A program made the position numbers and the translations under genes. A stretch of DNA of 64,000 nucleotides from positions 32,001 through 96,000 of IMG/VR virus record IMGVR_UViG_3300028840_006907; one strand, given 5' to 3'. The notes under the pieces were generated by a model that had not been told where the DNA came from, made no database searches, and saw only the letters and a program-made list of their open reading frames with translations. How positions within the stretch are numbered: the first letter of the stretch is position 1; the number at the start of each line of letters is the position of its first letter. The stretch is from a virus. Of the stretch, positions 20,398 through 30,109 are shown piece by piece.

Positions 20398-20628
20398 CAG
20401 GGAACAGGGAACTGAGCACAGGGAACTGAGCACAGGGAACCGAGCACAGGGAACCGAGCACAGGGAACTGAGCACAGGGAACTGAGCACAGGGAACTGAG
20501 CACAGGGAACCGAGCACAGGGAACCGAGCACAGGGAACTGAGCACAGGGAACCGAGCACAGGGAACTGAGAACAGGGAACCGAGCACAGGGAACTGAGAA
20601 CAGGGAACTGAGAACAGGGAACCGAGCA
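20398..20628. repeat. tandem repeat, 14 bp unit (cacagggaac[t/c]gag), about 16-17 copies
   Basis: Direct reading; two unit variants differing at one T/C position. Confidence 0.85.
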
Positions 20629-20872
20629 CCTGTATCTGTGATCTCGGAAAAGTTTCGGGAAAAAAATCGGGAACGGCTCAGGGCTGAGAAATAGGTATGA
20701 ATTTTTTTGGGGTATAATTTTTGGAGTTAAACAGTTGGGGAAATTGGAGTTATCTTATGTGAGGTGATGGGATAGTTTATGGAGGGTGAAAATTTTTTGG
20801 TATAGTTTGATGGAGAAACAGGTATAATACTTATAGGACGGAAAAATTTAAGTCTAATGGTTCGAGGATCTT

Positions 20873-21064
20873 GTGAAGAAGAACACAAAGCGTAAATTAA
20901 ATAAATTGATAGCATTTTGCAAGGATGAGGGGATGGACATAAGTGCGGATGGTGGTTTAATTTATGTCACGGTAGGAAATGGTCGGATGAATGAGGAGGT
21001 TTGGTGTGAGAAGGCTATCAGTGGTTTTTCGGAGGTTGGTGATTTTGGTTTTAACGAGGATTAA
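20873..21064 (+). CDS. small protein, paralog of 23157..23354 (GTG start with GAGGA SD)
   Basis: KL.K...C...G...SA.G.I...V.G shared with 23157..23354. Confidence 0.35.
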   Translation: MKKNTKRKLNKLIAFCKDEGMDISADGGLIYVTVGNGRMNEEVWCEKAISGFSEVGDFGFNED

Positions 21065-21095
21065 AACCTATTAACATTAAACAATTGAGGTAGTT

Positions 21096-21815
21096 ATGAA
21101 CAATAAGATGTATTTAAACAGTTTTATAGATGCATTGAAGGTTTTATCAGTAGGGACTCTTGATAATTATAAGGAGGAGTTTACTGTGGGATTACCTTTG
21201 GACCCGGAGATATTTAAGGAGGTCATACGGAATGGAGTTATGGCTATTCGTGATGGGTCTCATTTTTTTCTTCGTGACATTAAGAAGGTTCGGATTAGGG
21301 ATATGCCGAATGAGTTGCATGAGATTCCAGATCTTTTCACGATATCTTATAAGGCTGATGTTTTTAATGATGAGTTAGTGAAGGAGGATGTTGAGGCTCA
21401 TACTTTGGTGGTTCGTAGATTATCAGATTTGGCATATTCTGTTGTATTGTGGGCATCTCAGGATTTGGAGGTATGGCAACCTATACCTATTTATAATGTT
21501 GTAAATTTTGATGCTGACTTTAATGTTGAAGATGGGGCGTTGCCTTATAGTTATTGGGCGCATGAGTGTTTTTTAAATGGTCAGGGTGATATGATGATTC
21601 GCCAATTACCGTTTGAGAAATTGAATGAAGATCAGGTTGAATATTTAAATCAAACTTATTTATTCCCGATTTTATTTGAGTTATTTCTTGGATTTTGGAA
21701 CAAGTATCCCAGGCTTAGCTTTAAGGATCAGGTTTTACGAAATCGGACGTTGGTACATGATGAGGAGGGTGATGTTTTTTCATTGGATTGGATAAAATAC
21801 AAGGAGATAGTATGA
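21096..21815 (+). CDS. hypothetical protein
   Basis: ORF track; GAGGT SD upstream. Confidence 0.5.
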   Translation: MNNKMYLNSFIDALKVLSVGTLDNYKEEFTVGLPLDPEIFKEVIRNGVMAIRDGSHFFLRDIKKVRIRDMPNELHEIPDLFTISYKADVFNDELVKEDVEAHTLVVRRLSDLAYSVVLWASQDLEVWQPIPIYNVVNFDADFNVEDGALPYSYWAHECFLNGQGDMMIRQLPFEKLNEDQVEYLNQTYLFPILFELFLGFWNKYPRLSFKDQVLRNRTLVHDEEGDVFSLDWIKYKEIV

Positions 21816-22702
21816 AAAATTTACGTGAGATGAAAGATATCCCGGAGGTCATGTATCGGAAGTCGCGTGAAGCGATTTGGTATGACATGAGTCAAGGGGG
21901 GGAATTATTTAATCGGTGTTATGTTTGTGGTCATCATAAGGATGATATGGAGACGTGTACTCATTTTATAAGGGGTATTGAGAATGAGATAGATATTAAG
22001 GAAGTGGCGTCTTGGTTTAATCAACCACCTGAGGTCATAGAGGACCGCGTGATTAATAACACGTTTATTTTACCGTATAATGCAACAAAGGGAGTTGAAT
22101 ATTTACCGGTGAAATATCATGGTGAAAATATAGCGGTATTTCCGATTTGTGGTGGGTGTCAGGCACTTATGCGTATACCTTTTGCAACTGAAGCAGATGT
22201 AATCAAAATGAAGGAGATGAACATGGATAGAGCGATAATAATGACAGGTAAGGCGGTAGAAACTGGTGATATAAACGAGAAGAAGTGTTGTTATTTATGT
22301 GGAAGGCCGGAGGGATCTGACAGTCTTTCGGTTCCTTATAATAAGAGGACTGAGGAGACGTTATTAGCGAAAATTACCTTACGGATGGTGACCTTTAATA
22401 CATCTGAAGAGATGAATATAAAATTTAAGTATTTGGTATGCCCGGAGTGTGAGATTTTATTGGGGGTATCTCCTCGGATCTTTATGAGTCATGATGGTGG
22501 TCATTTAAATGAAGATCATGATCCGTTTGATCTTACTGAATTAAACAATGGGATTCAGGCGATTTTAAATGGCAATATTTCTCCGACATTACAGGCAAAG
22601 GTTTTGGAATACATAAAGGCAGCGGGTCCTGAGTTTTTCATTAATGAGATTTTAACTATTACCAGTAAGAAGAGGAAGAGGAAGAAGAAAAATGGCAAAT
22701 AA
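21812..22702 (+). CDS. hypothetical multi-CxxC zinc-binding protein (start moved to ATG 21812)
   Basis: Track ORF starts on TTG at 21788; ATG 21812 has AAGGAG SD; several CxxC pairs. Confidence 0.5.
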   Translation: MKNLREMKDIPEVMYRKSREAIWYDMSQGGELFNRCYVCGHHKDDMETCTHFIRGIENEIDIKEVASWFNQPPEVIEDRVINNTFILPYNATKGVEYLPVKYHGENIAVFPICGGCQALMRIPFATEADVIKMKEMNMDRAIIMTGKAVETGDINEKKCCYLCGRPEGSDSLSVPYNKRTEETLLAKITLRMVTFNTSEEMNIKFKYLVCPECEILLGVSPRIFMSHDGGHLNEDHDPFDLTELNNGIQAILNGNISPTLQAKVLEYIKAAGPEFFINEILTITSKKRKRKKKNGK

Positions 22703-22919
22703 ATTACAATCGGAAGAGAACACGGTATCTTTTACAGATTGTATCAGGGTTGAAGTTCGTGGAGAGTTAGCGGGATCATTTATGGAGTATTGTTTAAAGA
22801 ATAAGATTTATTCGATGAGAGCTGGGATGTCTGGTCCTGGCATTCATATTGGATTTTATTTGTTGGAGCACCGGGCCAAGATAGAGTCATTTTTTGATGG
22901 AGTCATAGATGAAGAATGA
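22692..22919 (+). CDS. hypothetical protein
   Basis: ORF track. Confidence 0.35.
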   Translation: MANKLQSEENTVSFTDCIRVEVRGELAGSFMEYCLKNKIYSMRAGMSGPGIHIGFYLLEHRAKIESFFDGVIDEE

Positions 22920-23160
22920 GCGGACTCGTATACTTCTATTATATAAGCCTGAGCAGAAGCTTCTTAAGACGGTTTTGCGGACGATACATGAGATTCGGGA
23001 GGTTTACGGGTATTATTATGTGGGCTGGTTTGTTTATGATCGTTTTGATCATTTTTGTTTTCGTTCAAAGAATGCGACTACGTGGATTGAGCTTTATGGC
23101 TGGAGTCCTTTGATCGTGGCTTGGAAGCGATACAACTTTAACAAGCGGAGGTACTTATGA
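22909..23160 (+). CDS. hypothetical protein
   Basis: ORF track. Confidence 0.35.
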   Translation: MKNERTRILLLYKPEQKLLKTVLRTIHEIREVYGYYYVGWFVYDRFDHFCFRSKNATTWIELYGWSPLIVAWKRYNFNKRRYL

Positions 23161-23354
23161 ACGCATCAACATCTATTAAATTGGATAAATTTTTAGAATA
23201 TTGTCGTGAGAATGGGATTCGGTTGAGTGCAGTTGGTCAGATTTTTCTCAATGTTGATGGTGATATCATTTTTACTCCCTATGGCAAGATCACCGAAGAG
23301 ACAGTGGTGGATGATTTTCAGAATGAGAAGTTTATTGGTAATTATACAATATAG
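23157..23354 (+). CDS. small protein, paralog of 20873..21064
   Basis: Shared motif with 20873..21064. Confidence 0.4.
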   Translation: MNASTSIKLDKFLEYCRENGIRLSAVGQIFLNVDGDIIFTPYGKITEETVVDDFQNEKFIGNYTI

Positions 23355-23363
23355 GAGATTTTT

Positions 23364-23780
23364 ATGGTACCCAATACATTCACAGACGAAGAAGTTGATA
23401 TAGCCCGAAAATATGTTTTATCTCAGATTAGGAGATATAGTCGGTTTAAGAACGGGAAGAAGTTAGGGAACCCGTTTGTCTTTTATAAGGACGTTTTGGC
23501 TCAGATAGGGTATTATATAGAATCTGAGCATGACGGGGATCGTGCTGGTATACTTGCTGCGCGTATTTCAGAGGCAGAATTTTCTGAGCATGGAGTGCTT
23601 ATAGGTGCGGTTATAGTGAGTCAGGAGTATCGTCGTCCTGGTCCTGGTTTTTATGTATTTGCCGAGGAGAATGGGTTATTTAATTGTCATGGTAATGCCG
23701 ATCCGGACGGGGCTCGGGAGTTGAATTTTTGGGATCAGCATGTTACTGAAATTGTAAGACATTATGGGAGGCAGAGATAA
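23364..23780 (+). CDS. hypothetical protein
   Basis: ORF track; AGGAG SD. Confidence 0.45.
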   Translation: MVPNTFTDEEVDIARKYVLSQIRRYSRFKNGKKLGNPFVFYKDVLAQIGYYIESEHDGDRAGILAARISEAEFSEHGVLIGAVIVSQEYRRPGPGFYVFAEENGLFNCHGNADPDGARELNFWDQHVTEIVRHYGRQR

Positions 23781-23933
23781 TGATACATTCTTATCAGGTT
23801 GGGGAGATATGTAATGATCCTTTATATGTGGACTATGCAATGAGAGGTGATATTGTTGAAGTCAGTCTTGATGAGGTAGAACTTGTACAAGCCTCTGATT
23901 CAGATGCTTTTTTATCAGAAGAGGATTTAATAA

Positions 23934-24359
23934 ATGAAAAGAGTTAAATGTCGTTCAGATAAAGTGACTGTTTTTCCTGTTACTGGAGGTCATTATCAAC
24001 AAAGGATTGAGGAAGTAACAATTGGAAATGTTTATGAAGTGATTAGGGTTGTTCGTGATGATTATTATGAAATCCTTCCTGATGAGGGATTCCAAACCAA
24101 AGTGCTTCCTGATTACATGTTTGAGTCAACCAATGAACCGGTTACCATTAACCCGGATCGGGAGAAGAATGAAAAGAAGAGACAGGAACGATTAGAGAAG
24201 GAGCGAAAGGAACGGGAAGCTCAGAGAATTCGCGAGGAGATTCAAGATAGAGCATTAGCATATTATAATCCGGTTGCATGGTATAAAAAACAGAAAGCGA
24301 AAAAGCGCTTATCAGATGCTCTTTCTCAGATTTTTACCTCTGGTTTACCTTATGGATAA
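23934..24359 (+). CDS. hypothetical protein with KR/E-rich helical segment
   Basis: ORF track. Confidence 0.45.
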   Translation: MKRVKCRSDKVTVFPVTGGHYQQRIEEVTIGNVYEVIRVVRDDYYEILPDEGFQTKVLPDYMFESTNEPVTINPDREKNEKKRQERLEKERKEREAQRIREEIQDRALAYYNPVAWYKKQKAKKRLSDALSQIFTSGLPYG

Positions 24360-24370
24360 AGGAGATAAGC

Positions 24371-24694
24371 ATGGTTGAAAAATCATGGGAAGAAATAGAA
24401 GGAAGAGACTGGACTGCTATACAGATAAAAGATGCTCAAAAAAAGCATAATGATGGCATAATAGAAAACATAGTTATGAAATTTGATAAGCCAGAGACAG
24501 CGAATGGTTTCAATAGATGGTTACAATTTTGCGGGGAATTTAAAATAACTGTAGAAGACATTACTCCTGCAGATGTCCGTCTTGTATGGTATGGCCCGAA
24601 TTTGAATAACATCACATTTATGACTGAGAAGAATTCTCAAAAGTACATTAATGAAAAGACGAGATTGATTTTAATAAAGGATATTGAAAGATGA
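24371..24694 (+). CDS. hypothetical protein
   Basis: ORF track; AGGAG SD. Confidence 0.45.
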   Translation: MVEKSWEEIEGRDWTAIQIKDAQKKHNDGIIENIVMKFDKPETANGFNRWLQFCGEFKITVEDITPADVRLVWYGPNLNNITFMTEKNSQKYINEKTRLILIKDIER

Positions 24695-24939
24695 TCACAC
24701 GCATTGGATTGGATGCTGCGATCAGCATGATCGATAAGGATATCCCCGAGGCCCTGGAGCCTTACTGGGCTACTGTGAAGCAATTTATAGATGAGTTGCC
24801 AGAAGATACCTTAATCCAGTTGCTTCAATCTATTGCTAATCAGATAAATACTAGGGGTAATTGTCTGATAATTCAGCAGGAAGAAGATTTACGAGTAGTA
24901 AAAGATATTGATTTAGTATTATTTAAAGATTTAAAATAG
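24691..24939 (+). CDS. small protein, tandem paralog of 24950..25195
   Basis: D..IP..LE.YW.TV....D.LPE.TL..L..SIA......N.CL.I shared between the two adjacent ORFs. Confidence 0.45.
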   Translation: MITRIGLDAAISMIDKDIPEALEPYWATVKQFIDELPEDTLIQLLQSIANQINTRGNCLIIQQEEDLRVVKDIDLVLFKDLK

Positions 24940-24949
24940 GAGCGGTAGT

Positions 24950-25195
24950 ATGAAAGTTAAACGTTCTGATTTAACAAAAGCTATACGTGAACTTGATGAA
25001 AAAATACCTAGTGAATTAGAATCTTATTGGAAAACAGTCAGATTAGCCCTAGATGATTTACCAGAAGAAACTTTATGTAATTTGTTTGGATCTATTGCCA
25101 GAGAACTGGGTTTAAAAAATCAATGTCTTCTGATTCGTAAAGGGGATGATATTGGTATAGTTACAAAATTTAAAGCGATAAGGATACCTGATTAA
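24950..25195 (+). CDS. small protein, tandem paralog of 24691..24939
   Basis: As above. Confidence 0.45.
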   Translation: MKVKRSDLTKAIRELDEKIPSELESYWKTVRLALDDLPEETLCNLFGSIARELGLKNQCLLIRKGDDIGIVTKFKAIRIPD

Positions 25196-25197
25196 TT

Positions 25198-25545
25198 ATG
25201 AGACAGATAAAATTGGCTTCAAATGATAATGATATTACAGCTAAATTAAAAATGACTATAAATTCTAAAATACACCAATTACATGTATTATTGAGTAAAA
25301 ATATAGAACTTGGTAATCTCTTGGAATTAAAAGATGAAGCCTCCGATAATGATTATATCGAATTCGGTGATATAATGTTGAGACAAAGGTTACTCTTGGC
25401 AGAAATAGATTCTTTAATGATTTCTTTAAAACAGATGATTATGATGATTTCAAAAAATAAAAGAGTACAAATAGAGTGGGATGAAATTTCAGAGGAAGAT
25501 TTAAAAGCTGTACGAGATAGTTATTTCCATAAAATAATGGAGTAA
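25198..25545 (+). CDS. hypothetical protein
   Basis: ORF track. Confidence 0.4.
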   Translation: MRQIKLASNDNDITAKLKMTINSKIHQLHVLLSKNIELGNLLELKDEASDNDYIEFGDIMLRQRLLLAEIDSLMISLKQMIMMISKNKRVQIEWDEISEEDLKAVRDSYFHKIME

Positions 25546-25547
25546 TA

Positions 25548-25829
25548 ATGAATCAAGAGTTTTCAGAGACACCAGTTTCCATTGAGATAGAATTTGATTT
25601 GGATAGATTCAAAATTGATCCGGAAAAAAGTGTGAGGTATACTTTTCATTTTAAAGGCAGTGATGAGTTAAATTCGATAGAAGAAGCTGATATAAAAAGT
25701 TTACATAGTCTATACGCATGTTCTAGTGCTGTTACTATTATGCTTAAAAAATGTATAGATTCTTATTATCATTATATGAATAAAGCTGGAGAAGAAATTA
25801 ACACAATAGTAGAAGAGGGAAAAAAGTGA
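25548..25829 (+). CDS. hypothetical protein
   Basis: ORF track. Confidence 0.4.
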   Translation: MNQEFSETPVSIEIEFDLDRFKIDPEKSVRYTFHFKGSDELNSIEEADIKSLHSLYACSSAVTIMLKKCIDSYYHYMNKAGEEINTIVEEGKK

Positions 25830-26215
25830 AACAATTAATCCTAAATGAAGGAGATGGTGTAACAACGGTAATTCTAAAAGCAATGATAAATTCATCAATG
25901 GCTGAACTGGATTATTATGAAAACACTGCTTCGAAGATGAATATAGAGAATTGGGATGTTACCGTAGATGTTGAGAGAATCCAAGTTAAAATTGATTCTT
26001 TGGTTAGAATGTTACAAGTACATTTAAAGAAGATCTATTTGACATGGGAAGAAATTGATACTAAAGATCTGGTTATAAAAGATTGGAAAGTATGGAGTTC
26101 AAAGAATAATAAAAATACTTGTTTTGGATCAAAACCAGGTTCCCAGGCTCAGGCAGAGAATGGTTGTGAAAATTGTTGGGATCAGAATGAATGCTTTTCT
26201 AATATAGAAAAATAA
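25826..26215 (+). CDS. hypothetical protein (LKAMIN N-terminal motif shared with 26390..26833)
   Basis: ORF track; short shared motif. Confidence 0.4.
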   Translation: MKQLILNEGDGVTTVILKAMINSSMAELDYYENTASKMNIENWDVTVDVERIQVKIDSLVRMLQVHLKKIYLTWEEIDTKDLVIKDWKVWSSKNNKNTCFGSKPGSQAQAENGCENCWDQNECFSNIEK

Positions 26216-26389
26216 TATGATTTCAAGATGGAATGTGTTTTTTAACGTGATACTCATCCAGATAATTATGTTATTTGTTACTGAGGCAAAGGAAGGTTTA
26301 CATTTAGTTCGATATTTATCATTTGCCGTTATAGATGTGTTACTTCTCATCTACGCATTAATAGGTTATAGGAAATCAAAAGAAAAATA

Positions 26390-26833
26390 GTGAGGGAAAG
26401 AATGTCATTTTTAGAACCTGAAGATGTTGTTGATCAATTAAAGATTTATAAAAGAGATAGTAGTGATATAGTTCTTTTAAAAGCCATGATAAATAAAGAA
26501 GTGGCTAAATTATTTGTTTTAAATCAAACAAGTGAAGTTATTTTGGAAGATATTCTGAAAATGGATTCAGGATCTGTTCCTGTTTTTTCAATTGAAAAAG
26601 TCACTGAGATGGGACTTGATTATTGTATCTCGGTTGCAAAGATAATTTCTTTAATAAATTCTTTGATACAATCTGGTCATGATGTTCTGGAGTGGGAAGA
26701 AGTGAGTCTATATAAGATAGGTAAAATAGACGGTTTAAAAATATTGGAAAAATTAAGCAATAATATGGACAAATTAAATGAAGCAATGAAAAGTTTTAAG
26801 ATGGATGAGGATTCTTCCGAGGATATAAATTGA
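26390..26833 (+). CDS. hypothetical protein
   Basis: ORF track. Confidence 0.4.
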   Translation: MRERMSFLEPEDVVDQLKIYKRDSSDIVLLKAMINKEVAKLFVLNQTSEVILEDILKMDSGSVPVFSIEKVTEMGLDYCISVAKIISLINSLIQSGHDVLEWEEVSLYKIGKIDGLKILEKLSNNMDKLNEAMKSFKMDEDSSEDIN

Positions 26834-27198
26834 TGGATTTTTTATTCGAAAAATCAAGGAAAGTCCCTAAGCATAGATGCACGAAATGTTTTAAAGAGAT
26901 GGATCATCTGACAGGAGATGGTATACCTACTGTTGGAAGTCTTATTGCCTGTATAAATTGTGGCCATATTATGATGATTGGAGAATCTTTTAAAATGCTT
27001 GAGGTAGATATACCTCAATTAGCAAGAGAATCAGATATCAAAGATTATTGTAAAATATGTCTTGCTAGTAAAGTTCTTGCTAATGTATTTCACAAAAGAA
27101 ATGGATATTATGCTTCTACCATTTTTGAGGATATTGAAAAACATTGTCCAGGAGGTTGCCATTGGATTGAAGGTACTGGCCAAGGTTTGTATAATTGA
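26830..27198 (+). CDS. hypothetical zinc-ribbon protein
   Basis: CTKC ... CINCG pairs. Confidence 0.45.
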   Translation: MMDFLFEKSRKVPKHRCTKCFKEMDHLTGDGIPTVGSLIACINCGHIMMIGESFKMLEVDIPQLARESDIKDYCKICLASKVLANVFHKRNGYYASTIFEDIEKHCPGGCHWIEGTGQGLYN

Positions 27199-27250
27199 TT
27201 TTTAGAAATAACTATTGAAGAAATAAAAGATATTTTAGAAAAATTATAAT

Positions 27251-27757
27251 ATGGATCAAATAATAACAGAAATAGCAGAAGTAGCCAAGCAGAATTTAAT
27301 TAAACATGGAAGTTTGGCTCCGGTAGTATTACCTCATAAAAATGGTGTGATTGTACCACAATTAGTAATGAATCTGAGATTTGAAAATGATGAACAGAAA
27401 TACAAAGCATTTGTAATGATTGGAATAACTGCTCAGAAATTTTTTAAAAATGGCTTTATTGACAGAATAGTTCTTGTAATAGAAGGTGCTATGAAAGCTT
27501 ATGATGAGCATACAAGCGAATTGGTAAAAAGAAATCCTGAGCTTTATGCCCCTTTAACATATCCAGAGAGTCAGCGCCAAGAAATCATAATTATTAATGA
27601 CTTTGATTTGATAAAAAAGACGGATTGTTTTTATAGTATAGAATTCAAGAAAAACGGGACTAGCTTTACATTTAAACAATTAGAAAAATATGGATCGATG
27701 CCAGGAGGCATGCGGGATAAATTTTACCTTGGATTAAATTATGAAAAAAATCTATAA
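27251..27757 (+). CDS. hypothetical protein
   Basis: ORF track. Confidence 0.45.
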   Translation: MDQIITEIAEVAKQNLIKHGSLAPVVLPHKNGVIVPQLVMNLRFENDEQKYKAFVMIGITAQKFFKNGFIDRIVLVIEGAMKAYDEHTSELVKRNPELYAPLTYPESQRQEIIIINDFDLIKKTDCFYSIEFKKNGTSFTFKQLEKYGSMPGGMRDKFYLGLNYEKNL

Positions 27758-28082
27758 ATATTTTATATCTTTTTTTGTTGTGTTATCAACAATATCTATC
27801 GTAATATTGTATATCATTGTTTTTAATTGCTTGAAACATGAAAGATATTATCCTTATAGTTATTTCCATTCCCTAAAACATTATCGTTATAAACCTTTTG
27901 ATTATAATAAATATTATGCCATAACATTTACAGGTTCTCTGGAAAATCAAGATAGTTGCTATGTTTTAAAGAATAACAATCTTATAAAAGCTCGTTTTTA
28001 TAATTCGCCACAATTAGATCTATTAAATATAAAAGACAGTTCAAAAGTAGAAGTAATTATACAAGGAGTAATGGAAGAATGA
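27741..28082 (+). CDS. hypothetical membrane protein
   Basis: Hydrophobic N-terminal helix. Confidence 0.4.
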   Translation: MKKIYKYFISFFVVLSTISIVILYIIVFNCLKHERYYPYSYFHSLKHYRYKPFDYNKYYAITFTGSLENQDSCYVLKNNNLIKARFYNSPQLDLLNIKDSSKVEVIIQGVMEE

Positions 28083-28351
28083 AAGACAAAGAATATAATT
28101 TAAATCTTAAAGCTGGGTTCAAAATAGGTAATAATAAAATATGTGGCAAAAGAACTAAATATAGATCTGAAGAAACAGCTCGTAAGGCACTTTTCATGAG
28201 ATTAGAGAGGAAAAAAAGTCAAAATTTTTTAGGATATTACCCATGTGTATTCTGTGGAGGATGGCATATCGGTTTGAAAATGTTTATGAAATCATTAATA
28301 AAATATGAGAAGATAGAACTTCCAAAAGAAAAAGTAGATATGTTGAGATAA
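28079..28351 (+). CDS. hypothetical protein
   Basis: ORF track. Confidence 0.4.
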   Translation: MKDKEYNLNLKAGFKIGNNKICGKRTKYRSEETARKALFMRLERKKSQNFLGYYPCVFCGGWHIGLKMFMKSLIKYEKIELPKEKVDMLR

Positions 28352-28747
28352 AGTTTTTTAGAGGTATTTAATATGGCATTAGAAGTATTATCTATACCGG
28401 AAGAACAATTACTTGAAGTAGTTATGGTCATTCGTGCAGGCTTGCAAGTCGTTGATGTTTCACGTGAAACATCAGATTACTTAATAAATTGGTGTAAAGA
28501 AGAAGAGGAGTATCTAAATGGGTGATTTGAAAGGAAAAGTAGAATGCCCCGTTTGCGGAGAAGAAGTGGATTTAGATGATTCGGAAAAAGCAGTAGCCCA
28601 TATGTCAAAAAGATGAAGCTCATAAAAATCATTTGGATAGGGCTCGAATTAATCATCTGATGGAGATGTTTACTGGATCTGGAATTATAAGGAAGGTCTG
28701 AATAGTTATAAAAATTATTAATTTAGTTAAAAAGAAGGAGTAAAAAA

Positions 28748-29041
28748 GTGCAGACAGATAATTTATTCTGTGATTTAAGAGAAGATGATGAATACTTTCC
28801 TATTGGATGTAATACAAGTCCGATAGCTCTAATATGGATAGAGAAAGGGGAAATTCAAACAAAGTATATGCAAGGTTGGTGTAAAAGTCGTTCCCGAATG
28901 GTAGCTGAAAATATAAGAGAATTACGAGATAAAAAGATCCCTTTTAAAATTATAGGTACATGGAGTGGTGAGTATAGCTCGAATATGTTTAATCTTAATC
29001 CTGAGAGAATTGAAAAGCTTTTGGAACTTCATGGTAATTAA
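28748..29041 (+). CDS. hypothetical protein
   Basis: ORF track. Confidence 0.4.
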   Translation: MQTDNLFCDLREDDEYFPIGCNTSPIALIWIEKGEIQTKYMQGWCKSRSRMVAENIRELRDKKIPFKIIGTWSGEYSSNMFNLNPERIEKLLELHGN

Positions 29042-29045
29042 TACA

Positions 29046-29498
29046 ATGCTTGTTGAAGAAAAAATCATAGAGGTTTTGGATTTAGATGAATGTCATGTTC
29101 TTTTGGAGAATTTCAAGAGTGAGATTTTTTGCCATTATAATGTGCCAGAAGATTTCAGTACCAGAATTTTAGTAAATGTCCTTAAGAAGATCGGGTTTGA
29201 AAATCAAGTTAACCGTCTCGATGCTACTCTTGATATGTGTCATTTAGAATATTCTGAGGATGGGGATTTCTATAAGAAAATTGTAAAGCATGCAGTTTAT
29301 TTATTTCAATTGTTTATAATTTGGGATAGGCAAGAAGAATTATGTGAAATAGAAATACCTACCCAAAGCCTGATCGATGATCTGCCCGAATTACCGCTGG
29401 TGAAATTTAAAGAAGATGGAAATGCAGAATGTCAGATTGAGTTAATGGTTCAAGTTAGGGAATTTATGAGATCGATGGTAATTAAGGATTGGGTATAA
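29046..29498 (+). CDS. hypothetical protein (start moved to ATG about 29046; track ORF 28965..29498 overlaps neighbour)
   Basis: Internal Met MLVEEKII directly after upstream stop. Confidence 0.4.
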   Translation: MLVEEKIIEVLDLDECHVLLENFKSEIFCHYNVPEDFSTRILVNVLKKIGFENQVNRLDATLDMCHLEYSEDGDFYKKIVKHAVYLFQLFIIWDRQEELCEIEIPTQSLIDDLPELPLVKFKEDGNAECQIELMVQVREFMRSMVIKDWV

Positions 29499-29510
29499 GG
29501 TTCCGTTTTT

Positions 29511-29732
29511 ATGGGTAGTTGTAGGTATAAATATGTTTTAGATCCAGATATTACCCAAATGAATATTTGGGATGATATAAAAAGGCGCATTGAGAGAGAA
29601 AAATTGGTACAGGCTTTAAAAAATGGTGATGATAAAACTATACAAAGATTGATGCCTGATAAAGACCTACAGGAAATGCTGAAACAATTTCATGATGCTT
29701 GGATAAGCAGATTCCCGGAAGATGACATCTGA
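29511..29732 (+). CDS. hypothetical protein
   Basis: ORF track. Confidence 0.35.
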   Translation: MGSCRYKYVLDPDITQMNIWDDIKRRIEREKLVQALKNGDDKTIQRLMPDKDLQEMLKQFHDAWISRFPEDDI

Positions 29733-30109
29733 TGGCGAGTAGATACGAAATATTATTAAGACAAGAGGATCCCTTTTATGGGAAATGCCCTAAGGGTGGG
29801 AACCATGAATGGGGAACTGATGGACAGCATTCAAATCAATATTGTAAGAAATGTTTTTTAAATAGACCAGAACCACCGAAACTTGAGGATAAATACATAA
29901 CTGAAAATAATAAGACTATAAGTTTATTTAGTGAAAAAAAGTGCTTTGATGGCCAGGATCATGTGTGGGGTATTGATGGTGCTCATTCAAATGTTTATTG
30001 TAAAAAATGCTTTATGAGTAAACCTGAAGATACCCCTGCAGATCCGTATGAAGATGAAGTTGATTTAAAGAAGAAAAAGGAGTTTGATATAACAGATTTG
30101 AATGGCTAA
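29732..30109 (+). CDS. hypothetical protein with internally duplicated Cys/His module (W.DG.HSN.YCKKCF)
   Basis: Two copies of the module seen in translation. Confidence 0.45.
   Translation: MASRYEILLRQEDPFYGKCPKGGNHEWGTDGQHSNQYCKKCFLNRPEPPKLEDKYITENNKTISLFSEKKCFDGQDHVWGIDGAHSNVYCKKCFMSKPEDTPADPYEDEVDLKKKKEFDITDLNG

Noticed and set aside
20347-20629. Minus-strand ORFs 20347..20559 and 20390..20629
   Set aside because: Translations of the 14-bp tandem repeat (repetitive LCSVPCA peptides); not genes
20850-20870. tRNA-like GGTTCGAGG T-arm match
   Set aside because: No acceptor or anticodon stems can be built around it; isolated short match
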